From assembly GCA_027345185.1 (NCBI GenBank), contig DAHWIK010000022.1, positions 1 to 43,586 of the forward strand: 43,586 bases of DNA, written 5' to 3'. The stretch is from Candidatus Micrarchaeota archaeon. Its GTDB lineage: Archaea; Micrarchaeota; Micrarchaeia; Micrarchaeales; CABMGC01. The stretch's first letter is position 1. Every line of letters begins with the position of its first letter. The position numbers and the translations under genes are program-made. The notes under the pieces are model-generated. The model worked only from the letters and a program-made list of their open reading frames with translations. It made no database searches and had not been told where the DNA came from. Positions 8,795 to 17,073 of this stretch are shown piece by piece.

Positions 8795-9823
8795 CTAAAT
8801 CATCTCGAATATGTTGAATGTCATCTCTGAGCCCAGCAAGGCTGCTGTCTCCTTTATGGATATTGATGTTATGACGACGCTGAATGCTGGGAGTATAAAG
8901 GCCGCCATGATGAAGTATGAGATGTAGTCCATTATGGCGCTGATCAGGTTGGATACCTGCCCGGAGATTGATGAAAGTAAGGAGGAGATTCCAGACATTA
9001 TTGAACCGGTGTCATTTGAATTGGGATCCAAGCCTACGACATATGAGTTCAGTCCGGAAGCGGAGCTCGACAGGCTGACTATCGTCGAGTTGCTCAGGCT
9101 TGCCTGGTATGAGCTTATTATCGAGGCGTTCAGCACGTATGTCAGCGGAAACACCACATAAAGTCCGACGACTGACCCGAGCAGAAACCCTCCAATCTGC
9201 CTGGTCGGATAAAATGTCCTGAGTATGAGCCCAAGAGGCAGTATGACCGTGGTTGCTGAGGCGGCTATTGCCGTGAGTATGGATGACTGCACAAGCACGC
9301 TTATCGATACTGTCGTGAGTGTCTTTATGAAGAACTGTATCTGGTTCAGGACAGGCTGGAGGACCTGAGTCAGTGAAAAACTTACTACAATGATACTTAT
9401 CTTCAGGGAGGAGAGAAGGCCCAGTACAGTATTCAGCGATAGCAAGCTTATTATCAGGCCGGTTGACTGGGACAGGATCGATGCATGTTGCACCCCATCC
9501 AGGAAATAGCCTCCTCCGGAAAGGTAGCCGCTCGCAAAGCAGATCGCAGCGTTTGAACTGAGATATGTTGGGCATTGCACGGATGTACTATTGAATGTGG
9601 CGGAATTTATTATCGATGTTATTATTCCTGATGGCAGGAAGAGCGCTGCCATTCCGCCAATCAGCAGCCCGTTGACCAGGCACTGGTTAAGCTCATCCCT
9701 TCCAAACTCCTTCAGCCTCCTGTTGCTTGTTGCATAGCCGATGCCTACCGAAATACCTCCTATCGAGATCATTATTGCAAGGACGCTGACCGCAATGGAG
9801 AATCCGTATCCGCCTGAGAGCAT
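8795..9823 (-). CDS. Polytopic membrane protein, VirB6/CedA-like
   Basis: About 6-7 hydrophobic segments, LPLGLILRTFYPTRQIGGFLLG, and a Ser-rich external loop with a Cys pair. Confidence 0.6.
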   Translation of the reverse strand: MLSGGYGFSIAVSVLAIMISIGGISVGIGYATSNRRLKEFGRDELNQCLVNGLLIGGMAALFLPSGIITSIINSATFNSTSVQCPTYLSSNAAICFASGYLSGGGYFLDGVQHASILSQSTGLIISLLSLNTVLGLLSSLKISIIVVSFSLTQVLQPVLNQIQFFIKTLTTVSISVLVQSSILTAIAASATTVILPLGLILRTFYPTRQIGGFLLGSVVGLYVVFPLTYVLNASIISSYQASLSNSTIVSLSSSASGLNSYVVGLDPNSNDTGSIMSGISSLLSSISGQVSNLISAIMDYISYFIMAAFILPAFSVVITSISIKETAALLGSEMTFNIFEMI

Positions 9824-9829
9824 TTTAGA

Positions 9830-10210
9830 TCACGTTACGTTTGCTGGTGTGCTATTTGACAGCAGGTGTGTCGATGCCAGTGCAAAGCTGTTCGCTGTAA
9901 CTGAGAGGACTGCTACAACCACAGCGCCCATTATCATGTCACCCGCAGTTGTATGGAAGCTCGCGCGCTGATGCGCAGGGAAGAGTTGACCTATCGCGTA
10001 AAGCAGGCCTGCTATTATGAACAGTATTGCACTCAGTATGGGACCTATGTGGGTCAGGAGGTCCTGTACGTAGGTTAGGGTCGAGATTATGTCGAGTGTT
10101 GCGAAACTCTGGGCGCCTACAAGCCTAGGCAGCAATATGGCAGCAGCACAGATTGACAGTATCGTTTTCATCTTGGAGTAGTCGTATTTTCCCAGATCCA
10201 TTCGTATCAT
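9830..10210 (-). CDS. TrbC/VirB2-like pilin
   Basis: Signal peptide (...LLPRLVGA-Q), an amphipathic helix, then two TM helices (IGPILSAILFIIAGLLYAIG; MIMGAVVVAVL) separated by a short polar loop. Confidence 0.6.
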   Translation of the reverse strand: MIRMDLGKYDYSKMKTILSICAAAILLPRLVGAQSFATLDIISTLTYVQDLLTHIGPILSAILFIIAGLLYAIGQLFPAHQRASFHTTAGDMIMGAVVVAVLSVTANSFALASTHLLSNSTPANVT

Positions 10211-10459
10211 CTTTTACTTAAGTATATGATTATATACTTAGATAAATATTTAAGGCTTGCTGTTTGGATAAGCATGCGGTTTGTGCTGGTTTTGGCCTGG
10301 CAAGCACCAGTATATTGGCCTTTATAGCAGATCTAGAAAGCAATACAACACATTGTCGAGTAAGAAGTGTAGTATTATAATCCTGTCTTGCTATAATCAT
10401 CAATCGTAGCTTTGTTAGATTCGACATCTACTTGCTACGGAAATGAAGACAAGAAAGCC

Positions 10460-10467
10460 TTTTAAAA
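10460..10467 (+). promoter_or_regulatory. TATA box of 5S rRNA gene
   Basis: TTTTAAAA preceded by purine-rich AAGAAAG (BRE-like), about 25 nt upstream of the 5S start. Confidence 0.55.
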
Positions 10468-10487
10468 CTATTAGTGCCATATACTTA

Positions 10488-10604
10488 TGTCAAACGGCCA
10501 TAGGAGCGGGGAAACGCCCGAACTCATTCCGAACTCGGAAGCTAAGACCGCTTACGATATGAAATACTGCGCTTATGCGTGGGAAAGCATATTGCTGTTT
10601 GGCA
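10488..10604 (+). rRNA. rrf: 5S rRNA
   Basis: Helix I tgtcaaacggc/gctgtttggca; conserved GGCCATAG, GAAAC-CCCG-ACTCATTCCGAACTCGGAAG-TAAG and TGGGAAA; about 117 nt followed by a T-tract. Confidence 0.93.
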
Positions 10605-11627
10605 TTATTTTTTCCTGTTGTACAACTGCCCTATCGCAGAGAGCATTGTTTCGGTATACTCATTGTCAGGTATGACCCCTCCGTAAGTGGTTATCGCTTC
10701 CTTGGCCTTGTTTGAGTAGTCCTCTGCTATTGACCTTGCGTAGTCTATTCCGCCGTACTTGTCTACAAGTTCGACCAGGAAGTTTATCTCGTCTTGTGTC
10801 TTCTGTTCCCTCCTCTTTGAATATATTGAGTCGACCTTTGCCTTTTCATCCGCAGTGGCACTTGAATAGGAGTGCAACATTATCAGGGTAAGCTTGCCCT
10901 CATACAGGTCTCCGTACCTCTTCTTACCAAACTCCTTATCGTCTGCAGTCATGTCCAGTATATCATCCACTATCTGAAACGACATTCCTGCAGGCTCACC
11001 TATAGTCTTCATCAGGTTGACTGTGCCTCCATCCCTCCCTGAGATCATCACGCCGATCTGCATGGGCCCGTATACTGAATAATAGCATGTCTTACCGTGC
11101 ACTATCCTGAAATAGAGGTCCTCTGTGGCCTTGGAGAGATTCCTGACGTTGAACATGAAGTTGGTCTCAAGATACTGTCCCTCAACCGTGTATTCAAGCA
11201 TCTCATAGAACTTCTCATATATCCTGTTTCCCTGGTCAATACCCATCTTGATGAGGTTGTCCTTTAGCATCCTCCACATTGCAATGTGTGCGGCGTCTCC
11301 AGCGTTTATGGCTATCTCGTTCCCATAGATCTTCTGTAACGCAGGCTTTCCTCGCCTAAGGTCAGAGTTGTCCTCTACGTCATCATGGATTAGTATCCAG
11401 TCCTCTGACAGCTGCATTGCTGCAGCAGGAAGCAATAATTTTTCTCTTGTTGCACCGAACATCTCCCCTGCAAGGAGGAGAAGCCCTGGTCTCCTGTAGT
11501 TTCCCTTCCTTTCGCTGTACTCCCTGACTATCTTGTAATGCTCTGAAGGCTCCTTGATTGGAAGATACTCCATTATCTTTGCATATATGTCGTCCCTGTA
11601 TCCGTCTACGTACTCCTTGAAGTCCAT
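10605..11627 (-). CDS. idsA: Polyprenyl (geranylgeranyl) diphosphate synthase
   Basis: LIHDDVEDNSDLRRG, AINAGD, GKT and FQIVDDILD; start at MDFKEY (11627). Confidence 0.92.
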   Translation of the reverse strand: MDFKEYVDGYRDDIYAKIMEYLPIKEPSEHYKIVREYSERKGNYRRPGLLLLAGEMFGATREKLLLPAAAMQLSEDWILIHDDVEDNSDLRRGKPALQKIYGNEIAINAGDAAHIAMWRMLKDNLIKMGIDQGNRIYEKFYEMLEYTVEGQYLETNFMFNVRNLSKATEDLYFRIVHGKTCYYSVYGPMQIGVMISGRDGGTVNLMKTIGEPAGMSFQIVDDILDMTADDKEFGKKRYGDLYEGKLTLIMLHSYSSATADEKAKVDSIYSKRREQKTQDEINFLVELVDKYGGIDYARSIAEDYSNKAKEAITTYGGVIPDNEYTETMLSAIGQLYNRKK

Positions 11628-11631
11628 TGGA

Positions 11632-12294
11632 TTACCTTGCAGTTTTGCTGTAGTACCTGCAATATGATTTAACCGGACATTCATTACATAAAGGTTTTGT
11701 TTTGCAGTATGCTTTCCCAAGCTCTACGAACTGGGCATGGAAATCCTTGTAGAGTTCAAGGTCGTCTGGTATGGTTCCGGATATGTCGAATCTAAGCTCG
11801 TCGTACTCTATATCCGGATCGCTTCCGTATATTCTGCTCGCTATCCTCTTAGTATAAGAGTCTATTACGAACATCGGCTTGCCTGCAGCGTAAAGTATTA
11901 TTGAGTCGGCAGTCTCCTTGCCTATCCCTTTTATCGAGAGCAGCTCCTCCCTCAGCTCGCCTGTGTCATTTGATAGCATCTGGTCAAGGGACGAGTAGTT
12001 TGAGAATATGTACCTTGCAAAACCCTTGAGCCTTGCAGCCTTCTGCTTGTAGAATCCTGAAGGCCGTATGAAACGCTCGAGCGAATTTACGTTAATCGTG
12101 CTGATCTTCTTCAGATTCAGGCATTTTGCTGACCTGAGGTTTGATATTGCCTTCTCTACGTTCTTCCATGAGGCCTGCTGCGTGAGTATAGCTCCAATTA
12201 TTATCTCGTCCCTGGTTTCCCCTGGCCACCAGTCTAGATAGCCAAAGCGTTCCCTAAGCTTTGCATACAGTACTGGAATTGGGAGTGCTTTCAT
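11632..12294 (-). CDS. Endonuclease III-related HhH-GPD DNA glycosylase with [4Fe-4S]
   Basis: GAILTQQASWKNV, LLSIKGIGKETADSI, FVIDSY and a Cx6Cx2Cx5C motif. Confidence 0.92.
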   Translation of the reverse strand: MKALPIPVLYAKLRERFGYLDWWPGETRDEIIIGAILTQQASWKNVEKAISNLRSAKCLNLKKISTINVNSLERFIRPSGFYKQKAARLKGFARYIFSNYSSLDQMLSNDTGELREELLSIKGIGKETADSIILYAAGKPMFVIDSYTKRIASRIYGSDPDIEYDELRFDISGTIPDDLELYKDFHAQFVELGKAYCKTKPLCNECPVKSYCRYYSKTAR

Positions 12295-12307
12295 CCAAGC
12301 ACCATGA

Positions 12308-12775
12308 TCACACCTTAAGCTCTCCGCTGTTTATCTTTGCTATCGTCTCCCTTGCGCTTACACCGTCGCATGTTATGTTCATGCTCTTGCAGGTTCCCAA
12401 TACCTGCTTCACCCTTGAAGATAGAGTATTTCCATAAAGCGAGGCCTTCTTTGCCTCTGCTATTTTCTTTACTTGATCAAGCGTTATGTTTCCAGCTATC
12501 TCTTCCTTTACTTTTCCTCCCTTCTCGAGCCCGAGCTCCTTGAGTATGAGAGCGCTTGTGGTAGGCGATCCGACCTCCACCTTGAACTCCTTTGTCTCCT
12601 TTGTCACTGTGACCTTTACGGGGATCTTTATCCCGGCGAATGCCTTGGTCTTCTCGTTTATCTCTGCGACTATGTTTGCAGTATTAACTCCGAGTGGCCC
12701 TAGCGCAGGACCGAACGGTGGCCCAGATGTTGCCTTTCCCCCTTCTATGAGTCCATTAACTACTACTTCTGTCAT
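12308..12775 (-). CDS. rpl11: Ribosomal protein uL11
   Basis: GGKATSGPPFGPALGPLGVN and VLGTCKSM. Confidence 0.97.
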   Translation of the reverse strand: MTEVVVNGLIEGGKATSGPPFGPALGPLGVNTANIVAEINEKTKAFAGIKIPVKVTVTKETKEFKVEVGSPTTSALILKELGLEKGGKVKEEIAGNITLDQVKKIAEAKKASLYGNTLSSRVKQVLGTCKSMNITCDGVSARETIAKINSGELKV

Positions 12776-12779
12776 TATT

Positions 12780-13229
12780 TCATCCCTTTTCTGCTTTTTG
12801 AATTATCCTTGCCATGTTGGCCTTTGTTGTCACTGGTATTGGAACTGCAACATCCATAAGCTCTACGGTTATCTCGTCCTTTCCGCTGTCTATCTTTATG
12901 ACCTTAGCCTTATATCCCTTGAACGGGCCTGCGAAGAACTCTATTGTGTCGCTGACCGATATCTCCTGTGTGCTCTGCTTGGAGGCAAGAACCTTGTCTA
13001 GATCAGCTTCGTCAAGAGGTTTTGCGAGCATACCTTTGACGTGGGGTTCGTTGAGTATGAGATCCCTGCACGCGATCTCGCTTGCAGCCTCGACTATCAG
13101 ATATCCGCGCATGCCGAAGGGCATTATTATTGAATGGATATCGGTGTTTCCCTTTGAGACCTTGTTTTGGAGTATGTCTGCGGTAATCTTCTCCTGGCTT
13201 GCGGTTACTCTTACGATGAAGTATACCAA
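12780..13229 (-). CDS. spt5: Transcription elongation factor Spt5 (NusG)
   Basis: NGN domain (GYLIVEA) plus KOW (GPFKGYKAKV, VPIPVT). Confidence 0.95.
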   Translation of the reverse strand: MVYFIVRVTASQEKITADILQNKVSKGNTDIHSIIMPFGMRGYLIVEAASEIACRDLILNEPHVKGMLAKPLDEADLDKVLASKQSTQEISVSDTIEFFAGPFKGYKAKVIKIDSGKDEITVELMDVAVPIPVTTKANMARIIQKAEKG

Positions 13230-13266
13230 TTTATCACTTTTTATGCTTTTTTGTCAATATCAGTCT

Positions 13267-14292
13267 ATGCTTGGAGTCAGGGTGCGCAAAGCCGGCGCGG
13301 AAAAGATAAAAAAGTACCTCGCAAGGCAGAAACTAATGGATATTAATTACAGATTAATTAGTTCTAACGAATTTATATACTTTCCCATCAGCAACCCAGA
13401 CTCTCGGAACAGGCGCTTTCTGTCGATCCAAAAGGCGGAAATTGTAGATATGAAATTCGATAAAACTTCCGTGCAGCCAAGCTACAGGGAGAGACTCAGG
13501 AAGGCGCTTGGGAAGGGGTACGATGATACAGTAAAGAGCTATGATGTTATTGGGGATATGGCGTTGATAGACGCTAATAATGCAGTAACCGCGAGGAAGA
13601 CGGCCAAGGTCATAATGGGCCTGAACAAGAATGTGAAGACAGTGCTGTCAAAAGGAGGACCTGTAAGCGGAAGATACAGGATAAGGAAATACAAGTATGT
13701 TGCAGGGAAGAGGAAGTACGACACCGTTTACAATGAGAATGGATGTTCATTCAAGATTGATGTACGCAAGTCATTCATATCTACAAGGCTTGCTTATGAG
13801 AGGAATAGGGTGTCAGAACTCGCCAAGGACGGCGAAAATGTGGCAGTAATGTTCGCCGGAGCCGGACCGTTTGCAATAGAGATCGCCAAGAGGCATAAAA
13901 ATGCAAGGGTTCTTGCAATTGAGCTCAACAGGCAGGCCTACAAGTACATGCTTGAGAACATAAAACTGAACAGGGAGAAGAACGTCGATGCGCAGCTGGG
14001 GGATGTGAATATGCTTGCACCAAAGTATCCGAAATTTGCTGACAGGATAATCATGCCACTTCCAAAGAGCTCTTATGAATTCCTTGGTTCTGTGCTGAAG
14101 ATGGCAAAAAACGGATGCATGGTGCATTATTACGCGTTTGGAAAGAGCGACTCGGCGTTTGAGGATATAATATCTGAGCTGAAGGGGTTCTTCAGGAAGA
14201 ATGGCAGGAGGATAAAGATAATCTTCAAGAGGGTTGTCAAGACATACTCGGCCGGCGAGATAGAAGTAGTTATAGACTTCAGGATTCACTGA
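13267..14292 (+). CDS. Trm5/Tyw2-family SAM-dependent tRNA modification enzyme
   Basis: SYDVIGDMA, ENGCSFKID, MFAGAGPFAI, ENIKLN and DRIIMPLP; true start probably MLGVRV at 13267. Confidence 0.9.
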   Translation: MLGVRVRKAGAEKIKKYLARQKLMDINYRLISSNEFIYFPISNPDSRNRRFLSIQKAEIVDMKFDKTSVQPSYRERLRKALGKGYDDTVKSYDVIGDMALIDANNAVTARKTAKVIMGLNKNVKTVLSKGGPVSGRYRIRKYKYVAGKRKYDTVYNENGCSFKIDVRKSFISTRLAYERNRVSELAKDGENVAVMFAGAGPFAIEIAKRHKNARVLAIELNRQAYKYMLENIKLNREKNVDAQLGDVNMLAPKYPKFADRIIMPLPKSSYEFLGSVLKMAKNGCMVHYYAFGKSDSAFEDIISELKGFFRKNGRRIKIIFKRVVKTYSAGEIEVVIDFRIH

Positions 14293-14305
14293 CTAATTCA
14301 GAAGA

Positions 14306-14662
14306 TTATTTGTATATCGAGTGGTACACATTGTTAGTGTCGTCCGTTATGACTATGCACTCTCCTTCGCATTCGACAAGGCATGCTTGGCAGAGTATGC
14401 ATGATGGACCGTTGACTGCCACGGACAGACCTCCACTTCCAGCTTCGTGCTTCTCGGCGAAGTGCTTGTGGCCGTCCTGCACGTTTGCCCATTTTGCAGT
14501 GGTCTCAGGAGTGTGCATACCCTTCCATTTGAATTCTTCTGGCGCATGGTCGTTGTTTACATCAGGCGAATTGAGGTCCTTCATTTCGAATACTGCTACT
14601 GGGCAGACATCGAAGCAGTGTGAGCACCCTGTGCATTTTGTTTTTTCTACATACACATCCAT
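14306..14662 (-). CDS. 2[4Fe-4S] ferredoxin with His-rich insertion
   Basis: CTGCSHCFDVCP and CILCQACLVEC motifs separated by about 70 aa. Confidence 0.88.
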   Translation of the reverse strand: MDVYVEKTKCTGCSHCFDVCPVAVFEMKDLNSPDVNNDHAPEEFKWKGMHTPETTAKWANVQDGHKHFAEKHEAGSGGLSVAVNGPSCILCQACLVECEGECIVITDDTNNVYHSIYK

Positions 14663-14735
14663 TATCAGCACCAGACTACTATTCTTTAGGATATTATATA
14701 AATATTGCTGTGGCTTTTGGCGATCCGCGATTAGT

Positions 14736-15582
14736 TTATACTATGAAATCAATGGTTTCCCCGTGTTTCGTCTTTTCAAGAGTCTTTGAAAGGGTCTCGC
14801 GCTCCTGCCCGTTCTTGAAATATCTGCCCGCACCCGCATATGCGTTTAGCGATGGCAGGAGCCGTTCCAGGCCACACCAGGCATTATGCCATATCTTATG
14901 AGTGTCTGTGACGTGGGGATGCTGAAGGACATATTCTGGTTGTGCCTCTCTTATTAGCTCCTTGAAATCCGACTTGATGCCCCTGCGCCACTCTCCTGCC
15001 CTTTCAAAGCCGCGATTGTTGAATATGTTCAGGTCATGGCATCCGAGTATCGCCACTTTGCCGAAATCCGAGTCAAGGAAGTGCGAGCTTAGATCTGAGA
15101 CCCTTGTCAGCGAGCCTTCCTGACCAGAAGTAGGATAGGATTTTCCAGTCCGGCGGTATTCACCAGTGGATAGATCCACGAATGCGACCAATTCTGTATG
15201 CGCCTGTGAGATGTGGGTCTGGGACGTGGACACCTGTGATTTCGATTAATCCGCTCCGAATGAGATGTAGGTCGTGTGCTGCCTCAATGCCCTGACTAAA
15301 TCGTCAGTTAGAAGATTGTCCACTGCACATGCGGCAACGCTTATCAGATCTTTCATTGTCTTTGCATGTAGATCCTTGTTCTCCTTAGGCCCCATTGCAG
15401 CGAATCTTTCAGGCATATCGAAGGCGACAAAGCCTCCGCAGGTTATAAGAAATTTTGTCCTCACATCTCTTGGATAGCTTTCGGCTGCAGAATAAAGGAC
15501 ATCCCTAGCTGCACCAATATCGCCGCTCCAAGGTCTGCATATGATTATCCTTCCTATTGGGGTTTATCATCATATCTGACAT
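14736..15582 (-). pseudogene. Disrupted carbon-nitrogen hydrolase-like gene
   Basis: ORFs 15246-15464 and 14736-15233 share a frame and are separated by one TAA. The 5' part needs a one-base correction in a C4 run at about 15560. ILGCHDL resembles the nitrilase catalytic Cys motif. Confidence 0.6.
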
Positions 15583-15691
15583 AGACGCCAGACCCACTGG
15601 AATTAATTTTAGTGTTTTGTTTCTGCGTCAGGGACTTGCCACGTATCAAATAGGTATTTTACTAAAATGGCCCCATATTTAAAGACTAACC

Positions 15692-16699
15692 TTAGTTGCG
15701 CCTGAGCAGGCCTTTATGCAACCTTGAGAGTGCATCCCTTCCTCTTATTATCGCTTCGGAAGGATCCTTTCTGTCTATCTTCTCCTCAAGTTCAGCTATT
15801 TTTGACCCTGCAGCATTATCATTTGAAAGAATGTAGCGCCTGTCCTGCGCGTATGGATCGTTTATTCTTACCTTCCTCCAATCCATATACAGATTCTGCA
15901 CTGATTTTACCTTTTCGATCAGTTCCTTTGCCCAATCCTTGGCTCCGGCCTTCTCCAACTCCTGTGCAGCTACAAATAAGTACGTTGCAGCCCTATCGAA
16001 CCTGCCTTGATCTCCCTGCAGCACCAGCAGAAGACCCTTTAATTCGCGGTCTAATATCACCTTGAGCGCGTGATCGTCTATCTTTGGTGTCGAAAACCTT
16101 GATATGTGGGAATCTATGTAGTTGTTTACCTGCTCTATGTCAGAGGTGCTTAGGCTTGACAGGCCTCTAATCAGCCTTGCGTCCTCCTTCAGTTCGAAAT
16201 GGATGTCTCCATTACCGCCATAGGTGCTCTTCATTATGGCATAGCTCTCCTCGGCCTTCTTTATGAGCGCATTTGCCCACTTGATATTCTGCGTGTTTAG
16301 CTCTCTTGAGAATAGAACTGAATCGGCTGCACCTACATACCAATGCCGCTGCATACCTGACCTGTTGAGATTTTCGAAGTACGACGCAAATGTCAGGTGC
16401 CATATAACGTTAACCATGGACCTTTCGTCTGTGAAGTCGACCCTATGGCTATAGAATGCCTTCCTTGCATATACTTTGGCTGCAGACGCTGCCGCTATTC
16501 TCCTTTCTTCTGGAACGTCTGGGATGTTCCATGGCTGGCGGCTCCTGTATGCGTCGTCTATCTCCTTGAGTGCGCTATCTATTACCTTTTCGATGACTAG
16601 CCTTGGGACTGTTATTGGCTTAGTAGAGGGATATGGGCATACGGTGGCCTTGAGCAAAGCTGCTGATGTCGCTGATGCATTTGCTTTTTGCATTGACAT
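15692..16699 (-). CDS. Hypothetical alpha-helical protein with basic C-terminal motif
   Basis: 335-aa ORF downstream of rpl12 with no recognised domain; ends RGRDALSRLHKGLLRRN. Confidence 0.75.
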   Translation of the reverse strand: MSMQKANASATSAALLKATVCPYPSTKPITVPRLVIEKVIDSALKEIDDAYRSRQPWNIPDVPEERRIAAASAAKVYARKAFYSHRVDFTDERSMVNVIWHLTFASYFENLNRSGMQRHWYVGAADSVLFSRELNTQNIKWANALIKKAEESYAIMKSTYGGNGDIHFELKEDARLIRGLSSLSTSDIEQVNNYIDSHISRFSTPKIDDHALKVILDRELKGLLLVLQGDQGRFDRAATYLFVAAQELEKAGAKDWAKELIEKVKSVQNLYMDWRKVRINDPYAQDRRYILSNDNAAGSKIAELEEKIDRKDPSEAIIRGRDALSRLHKGLLRRN

Positions 16700-16747
16700 G
16701 AGACTACCTAGCAGTAGCTACGGGCTTTGCGCGCCGGATATGCGCGT

Positions 16748-17047
16748 TTAGCCGAATAGGCTTGCTAATCCTCCTGCTGCCTGCTCTTCGCTTACCTTCT
16801 CTTCTACAGCTTCCTGCTTCTTGGCTGCTGGGGCTGCGCCTGCCGCTTGGGCCGGTGCAGCTACCTGGACATTCTGGGCGTTCTTTATAACGTCCTTTAT
16901 GTTTACCTCCTTGAGCGAGTTTGCCACTGTCTTTGCCATCGCCTCGTCAGGCGCAAGGCCTGCTGCCTTCACAACGTCTGCAAGGCTCTTCTCGCTTATC
17001 TCTTTTCCTGCCGCGTCCAAGAGAAGTGCTGCGTATATGTACTCCAT
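16748..17047 (-). CDS. rpl12: Ribosomal stalk protein P1/L12
   Basis: MEYIYAALLL, Ala-rich hinge, GLASLFG end. Confidence 0.97.
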   Translation of the reverse strand: MEYIYAALLLDAAGKEISEKSLADVVKAAGLAPDEAMAKTVANSLKEVNIKDVIKNAQNVQVAAPAQAAGAAPAAKKQEAVEEKVSEEQAAGGLASLFG

Positions 17048-17073
17048 CGTTTCACCATTTATTCAGTATGATT

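Noticed and set aside
10230-10427. 65-aa minus-strand ORF
   Set aside because: No recognisable features, and it runs into the AT-rich promoter region of the pilin-like gene.
10487-10675. 62-aa ORF
   Set aside because: It is a spurious reading of the 5S rRNA gene.
11628-11720. N-terminal extension of the prenyl synthase ORF
   Set aside because: It overlaps the endonuclease III gene on the same strand; the start at 11627 fits.
12814-13266. N-terminal 151 aa of the 492-aa ORF
   Set aside because: It is antisense to spt5; Trm5-like sequence starts at ATG 13267.
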